Counted from the stretch's first letter, positions 52,819 to 61,842 are shown. The stretch: 64,000 bases of DNA from an uncultured delta proteobacterium (GCA_963796055.1 CAWCKH010000003.1:480001-544000); one strand, 5' to 3'. A program made the numbers and translations. The notes: generated by a model not told the origin, from the sequence alone.

Positions 52819-52819
52819 G

Positions 52820-53761
52820 TCAAAGCCATCGGGTGCCGGAGCGCTGGCGGCGCCGCTGGAACTCGCCCCAGATGGACTCCACCTTCTCGCGCGTGGTGCT
52901 CCCGACTCCGGTGCTCAGAGAGAGCGCGCGCTCCTCGACGAGGATCTCCCTTCCGGCCTCGAGGACGGTGAAGGTCGCTCCGGCCCAAGCGTAGAGGGCG
53001 AGATGGCCCTCCGGAAGCCGTTCCTCCTCGAGATGCCCGTGCTCCTCCGCTCGGCAGATGACCTCGAGGCGTCGGCTGGCAGGAAGGCGGAACGCAGCCC
53101 CGCCCGGTTCCAACCACAGTTCGACGGGCGGCTCCGCGCCATCGATGATGCGCCGTTGCTCGTAAAGGCGAAGAATCGGCGGACCGCTCGCGCACTGGCG
53201 TGTGGTCGCGGCCATGACGACGGGACACGGAGCCGTCTCGTCGCTTCGGCAGGCCGCCCAGTGACAGAGCCGGCACATCCGGAGCCCGGTCCACGGATCA
53301 TCCGCCATCACGGTGAGGGCTCGTTCGGTCATCCGGATGAGACGCGGCAACCACGCGCGGGGCAGCTGCGCGATGAGTGAGCGCGTCGCCTGGGACCGAG
53401 CGAGTGTGGCGCGCAGGGCGGCCCTTGCGCCCACCTCGGACGTCCTGAGTCTCATGGCGCGGCCATCTCTCGGGTCCGCCTCCCTGAGGACCAGTCCGCC
53501 CGCGACCAGCATCGAAACCAGACGGAAGGCGCTCGACTGACTCATTCCGAGCAGCTGGCTCAGCTCCTCGTTTCGGAGCCCGGGACCACGGTGGATCCAC
53601 TGCAGGGCCGCGACTCCCGAAACCGAGCAGTCGACGCTCCGTTGCATGGCCGTCTCGATCCGTTCCGCCAGCCCGACTGCGAGGGCACCGAGAAGGTTCG
53701 CGGCGCGCGCCTCGAGGTTCGTCGGTTCAACCTCCGGGTCGCGCAACGAGCGAGGGCTCAT
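52820..53761 (-). CDS. MarR-family regulator with CxxC-x4-C-x7-CP motif and an additional C-terminal domain
   Basis: GGAGG RBS; ANLLGALA, wHTH (LSQLLGMSQSSAFRLV..L...GLV.R..DPRDGR), CRLCHWAAC..PCPV. Confidence 0.82.
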   Translation of the reverse strand: MSPRSLRDPEVEPTNLEARAANLLGALAVGLAERIETAMQRSVDCSVSGVAALQWIHRGPGLRNEELSQLLGMSQSSAFRLVSMLVAGGLVLREADPRDGRAMRLRTSEVGARAALRATLARSQATRSLIAQLPRAWLPRLIRMTERALTVMADDPWTGLRMCRLCHWAACRSDETAPCPVVMAATTRQCASGPPILRLYEQRRIIDGAEPPVELWLEPGGAAFRLPASRRLEVICRAEEHGHLEEERLPEGHLALYAWAGATFTVLEAGREILVEERALSLSTGVGSTTREKVESIWGEFQRRRQRSGTRWL

Positions 53762-53770
53762 GGCGCCTCC

Positions 53771-53879
53771 GGGGGGAGGCCCGTCCAAAAACGAGATATT
53801 TGCTTCCTGCAAGCAAGCATTTTGCGGAACTACTTGCTTGCAGGAAGCATGCATTTCGTTTTGGCGACCCCCTCCCCCC
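53771..53879. repeat. ~110-nt imperfect inverted repeat with a perfect 17-bp core; two TGCTT-N5-AAGCA palindromes (candidate MarR operators)
   Basis: TGCTTCCTGCAAGCAAG (53801-17) and CTTGCTTGCAGGAAGCA (53833-49); outer arms CCAAAA.CG/CG.TTTTGG and GGGGGGAGG/CCTCCCCCC. Confidence 0.85.
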
Positions 53880-54145
53880 GGGGCGGACCGCCGCGGTCCT
53901 CGGACGCGGTCCGGGGCGCCGGAGCTCGTCTCGTTCATCGGACCGGTCTGCAGCCTCCCGTCCCCGCCGACCCTTTCGACGCTCCAGAGCGCGCATGATC
54001 GCGCAGGCCGGTGGTCCCGAGCAGAGCCTCGGCGAGCGTCCCCCGGCAGCCCCCAGAGGCAAACCCGCCTGGTCCCACTCAGGCGCGGGAGGGTCAGTCC
54101 CGCAAATCCCTCCCCGTCAGACCCCACTGGTACCTCTTCCGGGAC

Positions 54146-54952
54146 ATGCAGACCCGGGTGGAGACGCGGACTTACACGCTCGCTGATGCCGCGGCGGTGC
54201 TGGGCACCACCGAGACGCGGGTGCTCCAGCTCGTCGAGGCGGGACTCCCGGAGCGGGCAGCCAGGCTGCGCCGGCCCGGCGCGCGCGCCCTCACCTTCCA
54301 GGACCTGGTCCTGCTCCGGAACGCCAAGCGCCTGGTGGATCAGGCCATCGCCCCGGCGCGGGTGGCAGACGCCCTGCGCCAGGCCCGAGCACGGCTCCCA
54401 GCGGACCGGCCGGTGAGCGCTCTCACCCTCGAGGCCGCGGGGCAGCAGATCGTCATCCGCGAGGGAAAGGCGCGCGTCGCCGCCGACTCCGGGCAGGTGC
54501 TGCTGGATCTCGACCTCGCCTCCTCCGCTGCCCCGGCGGCCGCCCCCGACGTGGAGGCGCTGTTCTCCGAGGCGCAGTCGCTCGAGGACCGCGCCCCGGC
54601 CCGCGCCCGCGTGCTCTACACCCAGCTGCTGGCGCGCGCTCCCGGCCATGCCGACGCACACGTGAACCTCGGGCGCCTGCTGCACGAGGAAGGCCGGCTC
54701 ACCGAGGCGCAGACCCACTACCGGGCCGCGCTCGCCGCCCGTCCGGAAGACGCGACAGCCGCGTACAACCTCGCCGTGTCGCTCGGAGACCAGGGCCGGA
54801 TGGCCGAGGCGGTCCAGTGGTACGAGACCGCCCTCCGGTCCGACCCGCGCCTCGCCGAGGCGCACTACAACCTGGCCTGTCTCCACGAGCGGCGCGGAGA
54901 GCCGATGCTCGCGCTCCGCCACCTCAAGGAGTACCGGCGGCTGGCCGGCTGA
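54146..54952 (+). CDS. MerR-like HTH + TPR repeat protein
   Basis: YTLADAAAVLG..LTFQDLVLLR.AK.L; TPRs AHVNLGRLL, AAYNLAV, AHYNLA. Confidence 0.85.
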   Translation: MQTRVETRTYTLADAAAVLGTTETRVLQLVEAGLPERAARLRRPGARALTFQDLVLLRNAKRLVDQAIAPARVADALRQARARLPADRPVSALTLEAAGQQIVIREGKARVAADSGQVLLDLDLASSAAPAAAPDVEALFSEAQSLEDRAPARARVLYTQLLARAPGHADAHVNLGRLLHEEGRLTEAQTHYRAALAARPEDATAAYNLAVSLGDQGRMAEAVQWYETALRSDPRLAEAHYNLACLHERRGEPMLALRHLKEYRRLAG

Positions 54953-54977
54953 GCACCGCGCGGTCCGGCCCACCTCG

Positions 54978-55309
54978 ATGCGTGTCGTCCTCGTCGTCTT
55001 CCTCGCCACCTTCGTCCTCGCCGGCTGCAAGCGGGAGACACAGGAGGCCGTGGCTCAGGCCAAGGGAGCCGCCGCCGCTGCCGAGCGCGCCGCGAGGGAG
55101 GCCGCGGACCAGGTCGCCGCCACCGCGCGGTCGACGAAGGACCAGGCGAAGGCGACGGCGGACGATTCATTGACGGGCAGACCCAATGGACCCTCCGGGG
55201 CGCAGCCGCCGGGCGGGGAGGCTTCCCCATCGGGTCCACCGTCCGGATCACCTACATCGTGAAGAACGGTCAGCGCATCGCGACGCAGGTCGAGACGGTC
55301 ACCCCTTGA
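54978..55309 (+). pseudogene. Lipoprotein with an out-of-frame DUF5666-like beta-rich C-terminus (frameshift or deletion near 55165)
   Basis: LAGC lipobox plus Ala-rich helix; another frame reads IDGQTQWTLRG...PIGSTVRITYIVKNGQRIATQVE and stops at 55309, overlapping the ligC TTG. Confidence 0.55.
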
Positions 55310-56373
55310 CCTTGCCCGTCCAGCCGCCGGTCTCGCCGATGCTCTCGCGGCTGGTCCGCGAGCTGCCACCCGCCGGCGAGGTCATCTACGAGCCGAAGTG
55401 GGACGGCTTCAGGGCCATCGTCTTCCGCGACGGGGATGCCATCGAGCTGGGGAGCCGGAACGAGAAGCCGCTCACCCGCTACTTTCCCGAGCTGGTCGAG
55501 CCGCTGCGCGTCTCGCTTCCCCCGCGCTGCGTGGTCGACGGCGAGGTGGTCATCGCCGGCCCGAAGGGGCTCGATTTCGACGCACTGCTGAACCGCATCC
55601 ACCCCGCGGCATCGCGCATCCGGAAGCTCGCCGAGGAGACACCCGCGTCCTTCGTCGCCTTCGATCTGCTGGCCATCGACGACGAGGACCTCCGCAGTCG
55701 CCCCTTCGAGGAGCGGAGGCGCCGGCTGGAGGAGGCCCTTGCCCGGGCCCGGACTCCGGTACACCTCACGCCGGCGACCCGTGACCGCGCCGTCGCCGAG
55801 GAGTGGTTCCGCCGCTTCGAGGGTGCGGGGCTCGACGGGGTGATGGTGAAGCCGGTCGCCCTGCCCTATCTCGAGGACAAGCGCGAGATGCTGAAGGTGA
55901 AGCACGAGCGCACCGCCGACTGCGTGGTCGCCGGCTTCCGCTGGTTCAAGGGCGGTGGGGGGGTGGGCTCGCTGCTCCTGGGGCTCCACGACGAGCACGG
56001 CACGCTGCACCACGTCGGCATCTGCTCGGGCTTCTCGGCAGCGCTCCGCAAGCAGCTCGAGATCGAGCTGGACCCGCTCCGCTCTGGCAGCCTCGAGTCC
56101 CACCCCTGGAAGGAGTGGGCCACCCTCGCCGGCGAGAGCGGGCAGCGGATGCCCGGCGCCCCGAGCCGCTGGAACAACAAGAAGGACCTCTCGTGGGAGC
56201 CGGTCCGGGTCGAGCGGGTGGTCGAGGTCAGCTACGACCACCTGCAGGGTCCCCGCTTCCGGCACGCGACCCGCTTCCTCCGCTGGCGGCCCGACCGGAC
56301 GCCGCATTCATGCACCTACGCCCAGCTCGAGGCGGTGGTGCCGGCCGAGCTGCGGGCGCTGTTCGGGAGCTGA
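55306..56373 (+). CDS. ligC: ATP-dependent DNA ligase, LigC type
   Basis: LPVQPPVSPML, YEPKWDGFR, GAGLDGVMVK, K.KH.RTADCVV, RFRH..F.RWRPD. Confidence 0.93.
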   Translation: MTLPVQPPVSPMLSRLVRELPPAGEVIYEPKWDGFRAIVFRDGDAIELGSRNEKPLTRYFPELVEPLRVSLPPRCVVDGEVVIAGPKGLDFDALLNRIHPAASRIRKLAEETPASFVAFDLLAIDDEDLRSRPFEERRRRLEEALARARTPVHLTPATRDRAVAEEWFRRFEGAGLDGVMVKPVALPYLEDKREMLKVKHERTADCVVAGFRWFKGGGGVGSLLLGLHDEHGTLHHVGICSGFSAALRKQLEIELDPLRSGSLESHPWKEWATLAGESGQRMPGAPSRWNNKKDLSWEPVRVERVVEVSYDHLQGPRFRHATRFLRWRPDRTPHSCTYAQLEAVVPAELRALFGS

Positions 56374-56388
56374 GGCCGACGCGCGCGG

Positions 56389-57405
56389 TCACTCCTCGGG
56401 AGCCTTCCGCGCCTTGCTCGGCTGGACCCGCTTGGGCTCTCCGCGCTGTTTCGGGAAGTGCGGCGGCCATGGCGCATCCCCCAGCCCCTGCGCTTCGTCG
56501 CGTGCCGCGAGCTCCAGCAGCGGCTCCAGCGAGAACGCCCGGTCGTCGATCCCCGCGCCCACGTCCCCGAGCCGGGCGAAGCGCTCCGGCACCGTGGCAA
56601 TGGTCAGGTCCGACGGGTTCACCGTCTCCATCTCGGCCCAGGTGACCGGGCAGCTCACCTTCCCCTCGGGGTTCGCCCGCACCGAGTACACCGAGGCGAT
56701 GGTGCGATCCCGCGCGTTCTGGTTGTAATCGAGGAACACCCGGGTGCCCCGCTCCTCCTTCCACCACTTGCTGGTCGCGATGTCGGGGAGTCGTCGCTCC
56801 ACCTCCCGCGCCAGCGCCAGCGCCGCCCGCCGCACCTCGAGGAAATCCCATCGGGGCTCGATGCGCACGTAGACGTGCACCCCGCGCGAGCCCGAGGTCT
56901 TCGGCCAGGCGACGAGGCCCAGCCCGTCGAGGACCGACTTCACCTCGGCCGCGACCTGGCGTACGGTGGAGAACTCCACCCCCGGCTGCGGATCCAGATC
57001 CACCCGCAGCTCGTCCGGATGGTCCACGTCGCTCCGGCGCACCGCCCACGGGTTCAGGTCCAGGCACCCGAGGTTCGCCGCCCAGACGACGTGCGCCACG
57101 TCCACCGGACACAGCTCCTTCGCGCTCCGGCCGCTGGGGAAGGTCACGGTCACCGTCTCCAGCCACTCCGGGAGCGGAGCGGGCACGCGCTTCTGGTAGA
57201 AGAACTCGCCGCCCGCACCATCCGGGTAGCGCTTGAGCACGGTGGGACGCTCACGCACCCCGCGGAGGGCGCCCGGTCCCACGGCCACGTAGTAGCGGAC
57301 CAGGTCCAGCTTCGTCTCCCCCCGCGCAGAGAAGAACACCTTGTCCGGGTTCGAGATCCGGACCACCCGCCCGTCGACCTCGACCTCGGTGTAGAGAGTG
57401 GGCAC
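56389..57405 (-). CDS. Stand-alone LigD-polymerase-like AEP primase-polymerase (Prim-PolC type)
   Basis: SNPDKVFF, PDELRVDLDP, KTSGSRGVH, WWKEERG, DYNQNARDRT, PWPPHFPK..GEP.RVQPS. Confidence 0.92.
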   Translation of the reverse strand: MPTLYTEVEVDGRVVRISNPDKVFFSARGETKLDLVRYYVAVGPGALRGVRERPTVLKRYPDGAGGEFFYQKRVPAPLPEWLETVTVTFPSGRSAKELCPVDVAHVVWAANLGCLDLNPWAVRRSDVDHPDELRVDLDPQPGVEFSTVRQVAAEVKSVLDGLGLVAWPKTSGSRGVHVYVRIEPRWDFLEVRRAALALAREVERRLPDIATSKWWKEERGTRVFLDYNQNARDRTIASVYSVRANPEGKVSCPVTWAEMETVNPSDLTIATVPERFARLGDVGAGIDDRAFSLEPLLELAARDEAQGLGDAPWPPHFPKQRGEPKRVQPSKARKAPEE

Positions 57406-57442
57406 GGTTTCCCTCGCCAGGTGTGATAGCGCTGTCCCTTCG

Positions 57443-59866
57443 ATGAGACTGGGGAAGTACCAGCTGCTCCGCAAGCTCGCCACCGGCGGCATGGCCGAGG
57501 TGTTCCTCGCCAAGACCGACGGGCCGATGGGCTTCGAGAAGCTGCTGGTCATCAAGCGCATCCTCCCCCACCTGGCGGAGGACCCGCAGTTCGTGAAGAT
57601 GTTCCTCGGCGAGGCCAAGCTGGCCGCGCAGCTGAACCACCCCAATCTGGTCCAGCTCTTCGACTTCGGTGAGGCCGAGGGCAGCTACTTCATCGCCATG
57701 GAGTACATCGACGGGCCCACCCTCCGTCTGCTCCTGGCCCGGGCACGCGATCTGCGCGCCCCCGTCTCGCTCGCCCTCGCCGCGCGGATCGTCTCCTCCG
57801 CCGCCGAGGGGCTGGCCTACGCGCACGACTTCAGAGATCAGGTGACCGACGAGCCGTTGCACCTCGTGCACCGCGACGTCAGCCCGGACAACATCCTCAT
57901 CGGCCGCAGCGGCGCGGTGAAGCTGGTGGACTTTGGCATCGCCAAGGCGCGGGGCCAGAGCCATCACACCCAGGCCGGCACGGTGAGGGGCAAGGTGGCC
58001 TACATGGCACCGGAGCAGCTGCGGGGCGAGCCGCTCGACCAGCGGGTGGACCTGTACGCGCTCGGGGTGGTGCTCTACGAGCTGTGCACCGGGCGGATGC
58101 CGTTCGAGGCCACCAGCGAGGCGAGCATGGTGCGCGCGGTCCTGTACGACGCGGCCATCCCCGCCATCCGGCGCGTGGCCACGCTGCCGCCGAGGATCCA
58201 GGCCATCCTGGACCGGCTGCTGGCCAAGGACCGCACCGCGCGCTACCCGGATTGCCGCACGCTCCACGCCGACCTCGAGGCCTTCATCCAGTCCAGGGGT
58301 GAGGCCACCACCGGATTCGCCCTCTCGCGGCTGGTGGCGCAGCTCGCCCCGCCAGCGCCGCCGACGCAAGCCGTCCCACCCACTCCCGCGCAGGCGATGG
58401 AGATTCCCCCGGGGGTCACCGCCTCGGCTTTCGCGCCCACCAGCTCCAGCCCCATCCTCCTGAGCGAGCCGGTGGAGAGCGCCGTCCCTGTCTCCGTGCC
58501 GCCGCCGCTGGAGATCCTCGAGCTCGACCGCACTGTCCGCTCGGACGGGCACCGGAAGCCCTCGCCTCCGGTGGCCGCGCTCGACGTCCGCCAGGCCGCA
58601 TCGGCGACGCACGCGCCGCGTCCCTCCGCCTTCGTGTTCCCCACCGCGCTGGAGCAGGAGCGTGCCTCGGTCGCCCCGGTCCGGCTCGGGCTCGATCGAT
58701 CCGACGCACGCCGGCGCACCACCGGAAACGTCCGCCGCGCACGCGGGAGCGGCGGCGGCTTCCGGCTCCTGGGCCTGATCGTGCTCTTCGCGGGGCTGGC
58801 GGCGGTCGGCGCGTACCTGGGACTGGCGGTCGCGCACCGGACCGACCTGCTTGCCCGCGTGGGGCTGCCGGTGCCCGGCGTGCTCTCGCCCACCCCGGAG
58901 AACACCGCGCCGTCCGCGGCGCCCGTGGTGACCGGGCCGACGGGCACGCCTCCGGCCGCGGCAGTCACTCCACCGCCCGCTCCAGGCACGGCGTCTCCGG
59001 CTTCCGGGAGCACGCCTCGTTCGGGCACCGCGGGCGTCCCGGGCACCCCGGCGGCTCCGCCGCGTTCCGGCTCCGTCGCCCCCAGCCCGCGGCCTGGGAG
59101 CGCACAGTCGGTGGCGCCCGGCAACGCGCCCGGGACCGCGGCGCCCGGGGCAACGACCGTGGGCCGCGCCTCGCCCGAACCGAGCGCGACGACGAGCGGC
59201 CCCGCTGGAGCGCCGGCGACCGTTCCGGGCTCCGGAGGCCGAGGCGCCGGCGTCGCAGCCGTCGCCGACGAGGAGGAATCCAGCGCCACGCTGAAGGCCG
59301 GAATACCTCCGCCAACCACCACGTCCAGCCCGTCATCGGGCCGGGCCCCCGCCTCGGCCACCGCCGCGCTCGACACCGCCCGGAAGACCGCCCGCGAGTC
59401 GGGCAAGGAGAAGCTCCTCGGCGCCTTCGCCGATCTCGAGGTGGCGAAGGAGTCGACGGTGCGCCTGGAGAGCACGCCGAAGCTGCGGGTCCGGATGGGC
59501 GGGAAGATCGTCGGCACCACTCCGGTGAACCTCACGCTCCCGGTCTCGGACGGGCCGGTGGAGCTCGAGTTCTTCGACACCGGGCTCGGACTGTCGAGGA
59601 CCGAGCAGCTGACGCTGAAGCCGGGCGACAACGGCACCCACCGGGTGGTGATCCCGAAGGGAAAGCTGGTGCTGAAACTACAAGAAGATGTGGCGGTGAC
59701 GGTCGATGGGAAGGCCATGGGGATCACCCCGCTCCCCCCGCTGTCGCTCTACGAGGGCTCGCACCTGGTGCAGATCACCCGGGGCGATCAGAAGGAGCGT
59801 CGCACCCTGGAGATCCAGGGCGACGAGCCCACCGAATTCGAGTTCACCTTCCCGGAGGCCGAATGA
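57443..59866 (+). CDS. Membrane Ser/Thr protein kinase with Pro/Ala linker and PEGA-like domains
   Basis: GGMAEV, VIKRIL, HRDVSPDN, DFG, YMAPEQ; TM helix; G.TP motifs. Confidence 0.94.
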   Translation: MRLGKYQLLRKLATGGMAEVFLAKTDGPMGFEKLLVIKRILPHLAEDPQFVKMFLGEAKLAAQLNHPNLVQLFDFGEAEGSYFIAMEYIDGPTLRLLLARARDLRAPVSLALAARIVSSAAEGLAYAHDFRDQVTDEPLHLVHRDVSPDNILIGRSGAVKLVDFGIAKARGQSHHTQAGTVRGKVAYMAPEQLRGEPLDQRVDLYALGVVLYELCTGRMPFEATSEASMVRAVLYDAAIPAIRRVATLPPRIQAILDRLLAKDRTARYPDCRTLHADLEAFIQSRGEATTGFALSRLVAQLAPPAPPTQAVPPTPAQAMEIPPGVTASAFAPTSSSPILLSEPVESAVPVSVPPPLEILELDRTVRSDGHRKPSPPVAALDVRQAASATHAPRPSAFVFPTALEQERASVAPVRLGLDRSDARRRTTGNVRRARGSGGGFRLLGLIVLFAGLAAVGAYLGLAVAHRTDLLARVGLPVPGVLSPTPENTAPSAAPVVTGPTGTPPAAAVTPPPAPGTASPASGSTPRSGTAGVPGTPAAPPRSGSVAPSPRPGSAQSVAPGNAPGTAAPGATTVGRASPEPSATTSGPAGAPATVPGSGGRGAGVAAVADEEESSATLKAGIPPPTTTSSPSSGRAPASATAALDTARKTARESGKEKLLGAFADLEVAKESTVRLESTPKLRVRMGGKIVGTTPVNLTLPVSDGPVELEFFDTGLGLSRTEQLTLKPGDNGTHRVVIPKGKLVLKLQEDVAVTVDGKAMGITPLPPLSLYEGSHLVQITRGDQKERRTLEIQGDEPTEFEFTFPEAE

Positions 59867-60339
59867 GCGGCGCCCACGACGCGGAGCACTGGCGCCTGCA
59901 CGGGGTGCGGGTGGTGAGGGGCTCGGAGCTGGATCCGAACACCGCCCAGACCCCCGGGATGCGCCGGGCGGCAGCCATCAACCATGCACGCGCGGGGGCG
60001 GAGAAGCTCTGGGCCGGCGCCGTCACCATCGATCCGAGCGCCAAGACCGGCGCGCACCACCACGGCGCGCTCGAGTCCATCATCTACGTGGTGAAGGGCC
60101 GCGCGCGCATGCGCTGGGGCGAACGGCTGGAGTTCACCGCCGAGGCCGGACCGGGTGACTTCATCTTCGTCCCGCCCTACGTGCCGCACCAGGAGATCAA
60201 CGCTGCGGACGAGCCGCTGGAGTGCGTGCTGGTCCGCAGCGGCAAGGAACCGGTGGTCGTCAACCTGGACATCACGCCCGTCGAGCCGCCGGAGTCGGTG
60301 CACTGGGTGGATGACGTGCACCCCCGCCCCTCACACTGA
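59863..60339 (+). CDS. Cupin domain protein
   Basis: TGAHHHG.LES, GDFIFVPPYVPHQEIN. Confidence 0.9.
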   Translation: MSGAHDAEHWRLHGVRVVRGSELDPNTAQTPGMRRAAAINHARAGAEKLWAGAVTIDPSAKTGAHHHGALESIIYVVKGRARMRWGERLEFTAEAGPGDFIFVPPYVPHQEINAADEPLECVLVRSGKEPVVVNLDITPVEPPESVHWVDDVHPRPSH

Positions 60340-60440
60340 GAGCTGACGAGGACCCAGGGAGGGTTGCTGCCGACACCGCGCCCGGACTGGACGCGGAGAG
60401 TGCACCTCTGCTTCATTCTTGCACCGACAGCGTCCCCGTC

Positions 60441-61802
60441 ATGGCCACGACCCCCACCGCTCGCGACGTCTGCCGCCATTGTGGGAACGAGTGGCGTCCG
60501 GGCTGGGAGCGCTGCCGCCGATGCGGGGCGGCGCTGAGGAATCGCATCGCCGCACCGGTCGCCGCCACCGAGGCGGCCGAGGAATCCGGGCTCCAGCTCG
60601 ATCGCCGCCCCCGGGTCGCGCCGCGCGAGACGCCCACCGCCCGGGTCTCCCGGGTCGAGCCGTCGGAGGCCCCGACCCGCGAGCTCGCTCCCGAGGCGCG
60701 CCCTCCGCCGGACCCGTCGACACTGGTCTCGGTCACCCAGCTGCTGAGCGGTGCGCTCGGCGTGCTGCTGCTCGCGCAGCTGTTCTTCCCCGCCGTGATT
60801 CCTTCGCTCACCGCGCTCGCGGTCCACGCGCTCCGGGGCGAGCGGGTGGGCGCTCAGCGGTGGCTCCTCGCCTCGCTTCCCTGGGCCTGCACCGCGGTGG
60901 TGCTCGGGCTCGCGCTCGGCGCGGCGCGGGCGGTCGCGGGCCGGCCGCTGGTGCGCTCCCCCGTGCTGTCCGCGGTGGCCGCAGTCGTCCCGGGAGGGAT
61001 GCTGCTCGGCTGGCCCGCGCTCCACGGGCATCTCGTCTCGGCGCTGGTCCGCCGCGGCGGCCGCAAGCGCGCGGCCCAGCTCATCGGCTGGAGCCGGGCG
61101 GCGCTCGGCTGCCTCTCGGCAGAGGTGCTCCTCACCTTGCTGGACGGGTTCGGGCTGGTGCGCCTGTCACCGATCGCGCTCGCCGGGGTGACCGCCGTGG
61201 CCCTGGCGTCGCGGCAGGGTCACCTCTGCGCCCTGGGCATCACCCTGCCCGGCCTCCTGCTCCGTCCGGCCGAGACCGGCGCTCCTCTGCCGAGCCACCT
61301 GGTGTGTCCGCAGTGCGGCGGGGACGCACCCACCCTCCAGCGCTTCCGGGATGGACTGGCCGGGAGCGCCTGCGCCCGCTGCGCCGGTGCGCTGCTCGGC
61401 CCGGGCCAGGTGTCCACCCTTCTCTCGATGGCCCAGGTGGAGGACGCCACCTACCGCCGGGAGATCCGCCTGGGCTCCACCGGCACCCGGCCGCTGCACT
61501 GTCCGCAGTGCGGCTCGGCGATGCGTGGCATCCAGCTGCGCGCGGTGACCGCCCATGGGTGTTCCGCCTGCGGGAGCCTGTGGCTCGACCGCCTCGGTGT
61601 GGCGCGGCTGACCGGCGGACGCGCCGTCCTCACCGCCGCACCGCTCCGACCTCCGCCGTCGCCCGGACGCGTCTGGCCGGCGCTCGCCGCCGGGATGGCT
61701 CTGCTCCTGGCGGGGTTGCCCTGGGTGGCGGTCCGTGTCGGATGGTGCCGCCCCGAAGTTGGCGCGTGCGCCTCGGTCTCGCTCTCATCGACAATGGAGT
61801 GA
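60441..61802 (+). CDS. Membrane protein with three zinc ribbons (two zf-TFIIB-like)
   Basis: CRHC..CRRC; several TM helices; CPQC..CARC; CPQC..CSAC..LWLD; C-terminal TM. Confidence 0.7.
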   Translation: MATTPTARDVCRHCGNEWRPGWERCRRCGAALRNRIAAPVAATEAAEESGLQLDRRPRVAPRETPTARVSRVEPSEAPTRELAPEARPPPDPSTLVSVTQLLSGALGVLLLAQLFFPAVIPSLTALAVHALRGERVGAQRWLLASLPWACTAVVLGLALGAARAVAGRPLVRSPVLSAVAAVVPGGMLLGWPALHGHLVSALVRRGGRKRAAQLIGWSRAALGCLSAEVLLTLLDGFGLVRLSPIALAGVTAVALASRQGHLCALGITLPGLLLRPAETGAPLPSHLVCPQCGGDAPTLQRFRDGLAGSACARCAGALLGPGQVSTLLSMAQVEDATYRREIRLGSTGTRPLHCPQCGSAMRGIQLRAVTAHGCSACGSLWLDRLGVARLTGGRAVLTAAPLRPPPSPGRVWPALAAGMALLLAGLPWVAVRVGWCRPEVGACASVSLSSTME

Positions 61803-61842
61803 TGCCCCGTCCCCCGCCGGTCTGCCCCGCCTAGGGCCCGGC

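Noticed and set aside
52820..55030. 736-aa extended MarR ORF
   Set aside because: The upstream part is the antisense shadow of the HTH-TPR gene; RBS and homology support a start at 53761.
58860..59400. Repetitive Pro/Ala/Gly/Thr tract
   Set aside because: Ordinary disordered linker of the kinase, with no nucleotide-level tandem array.
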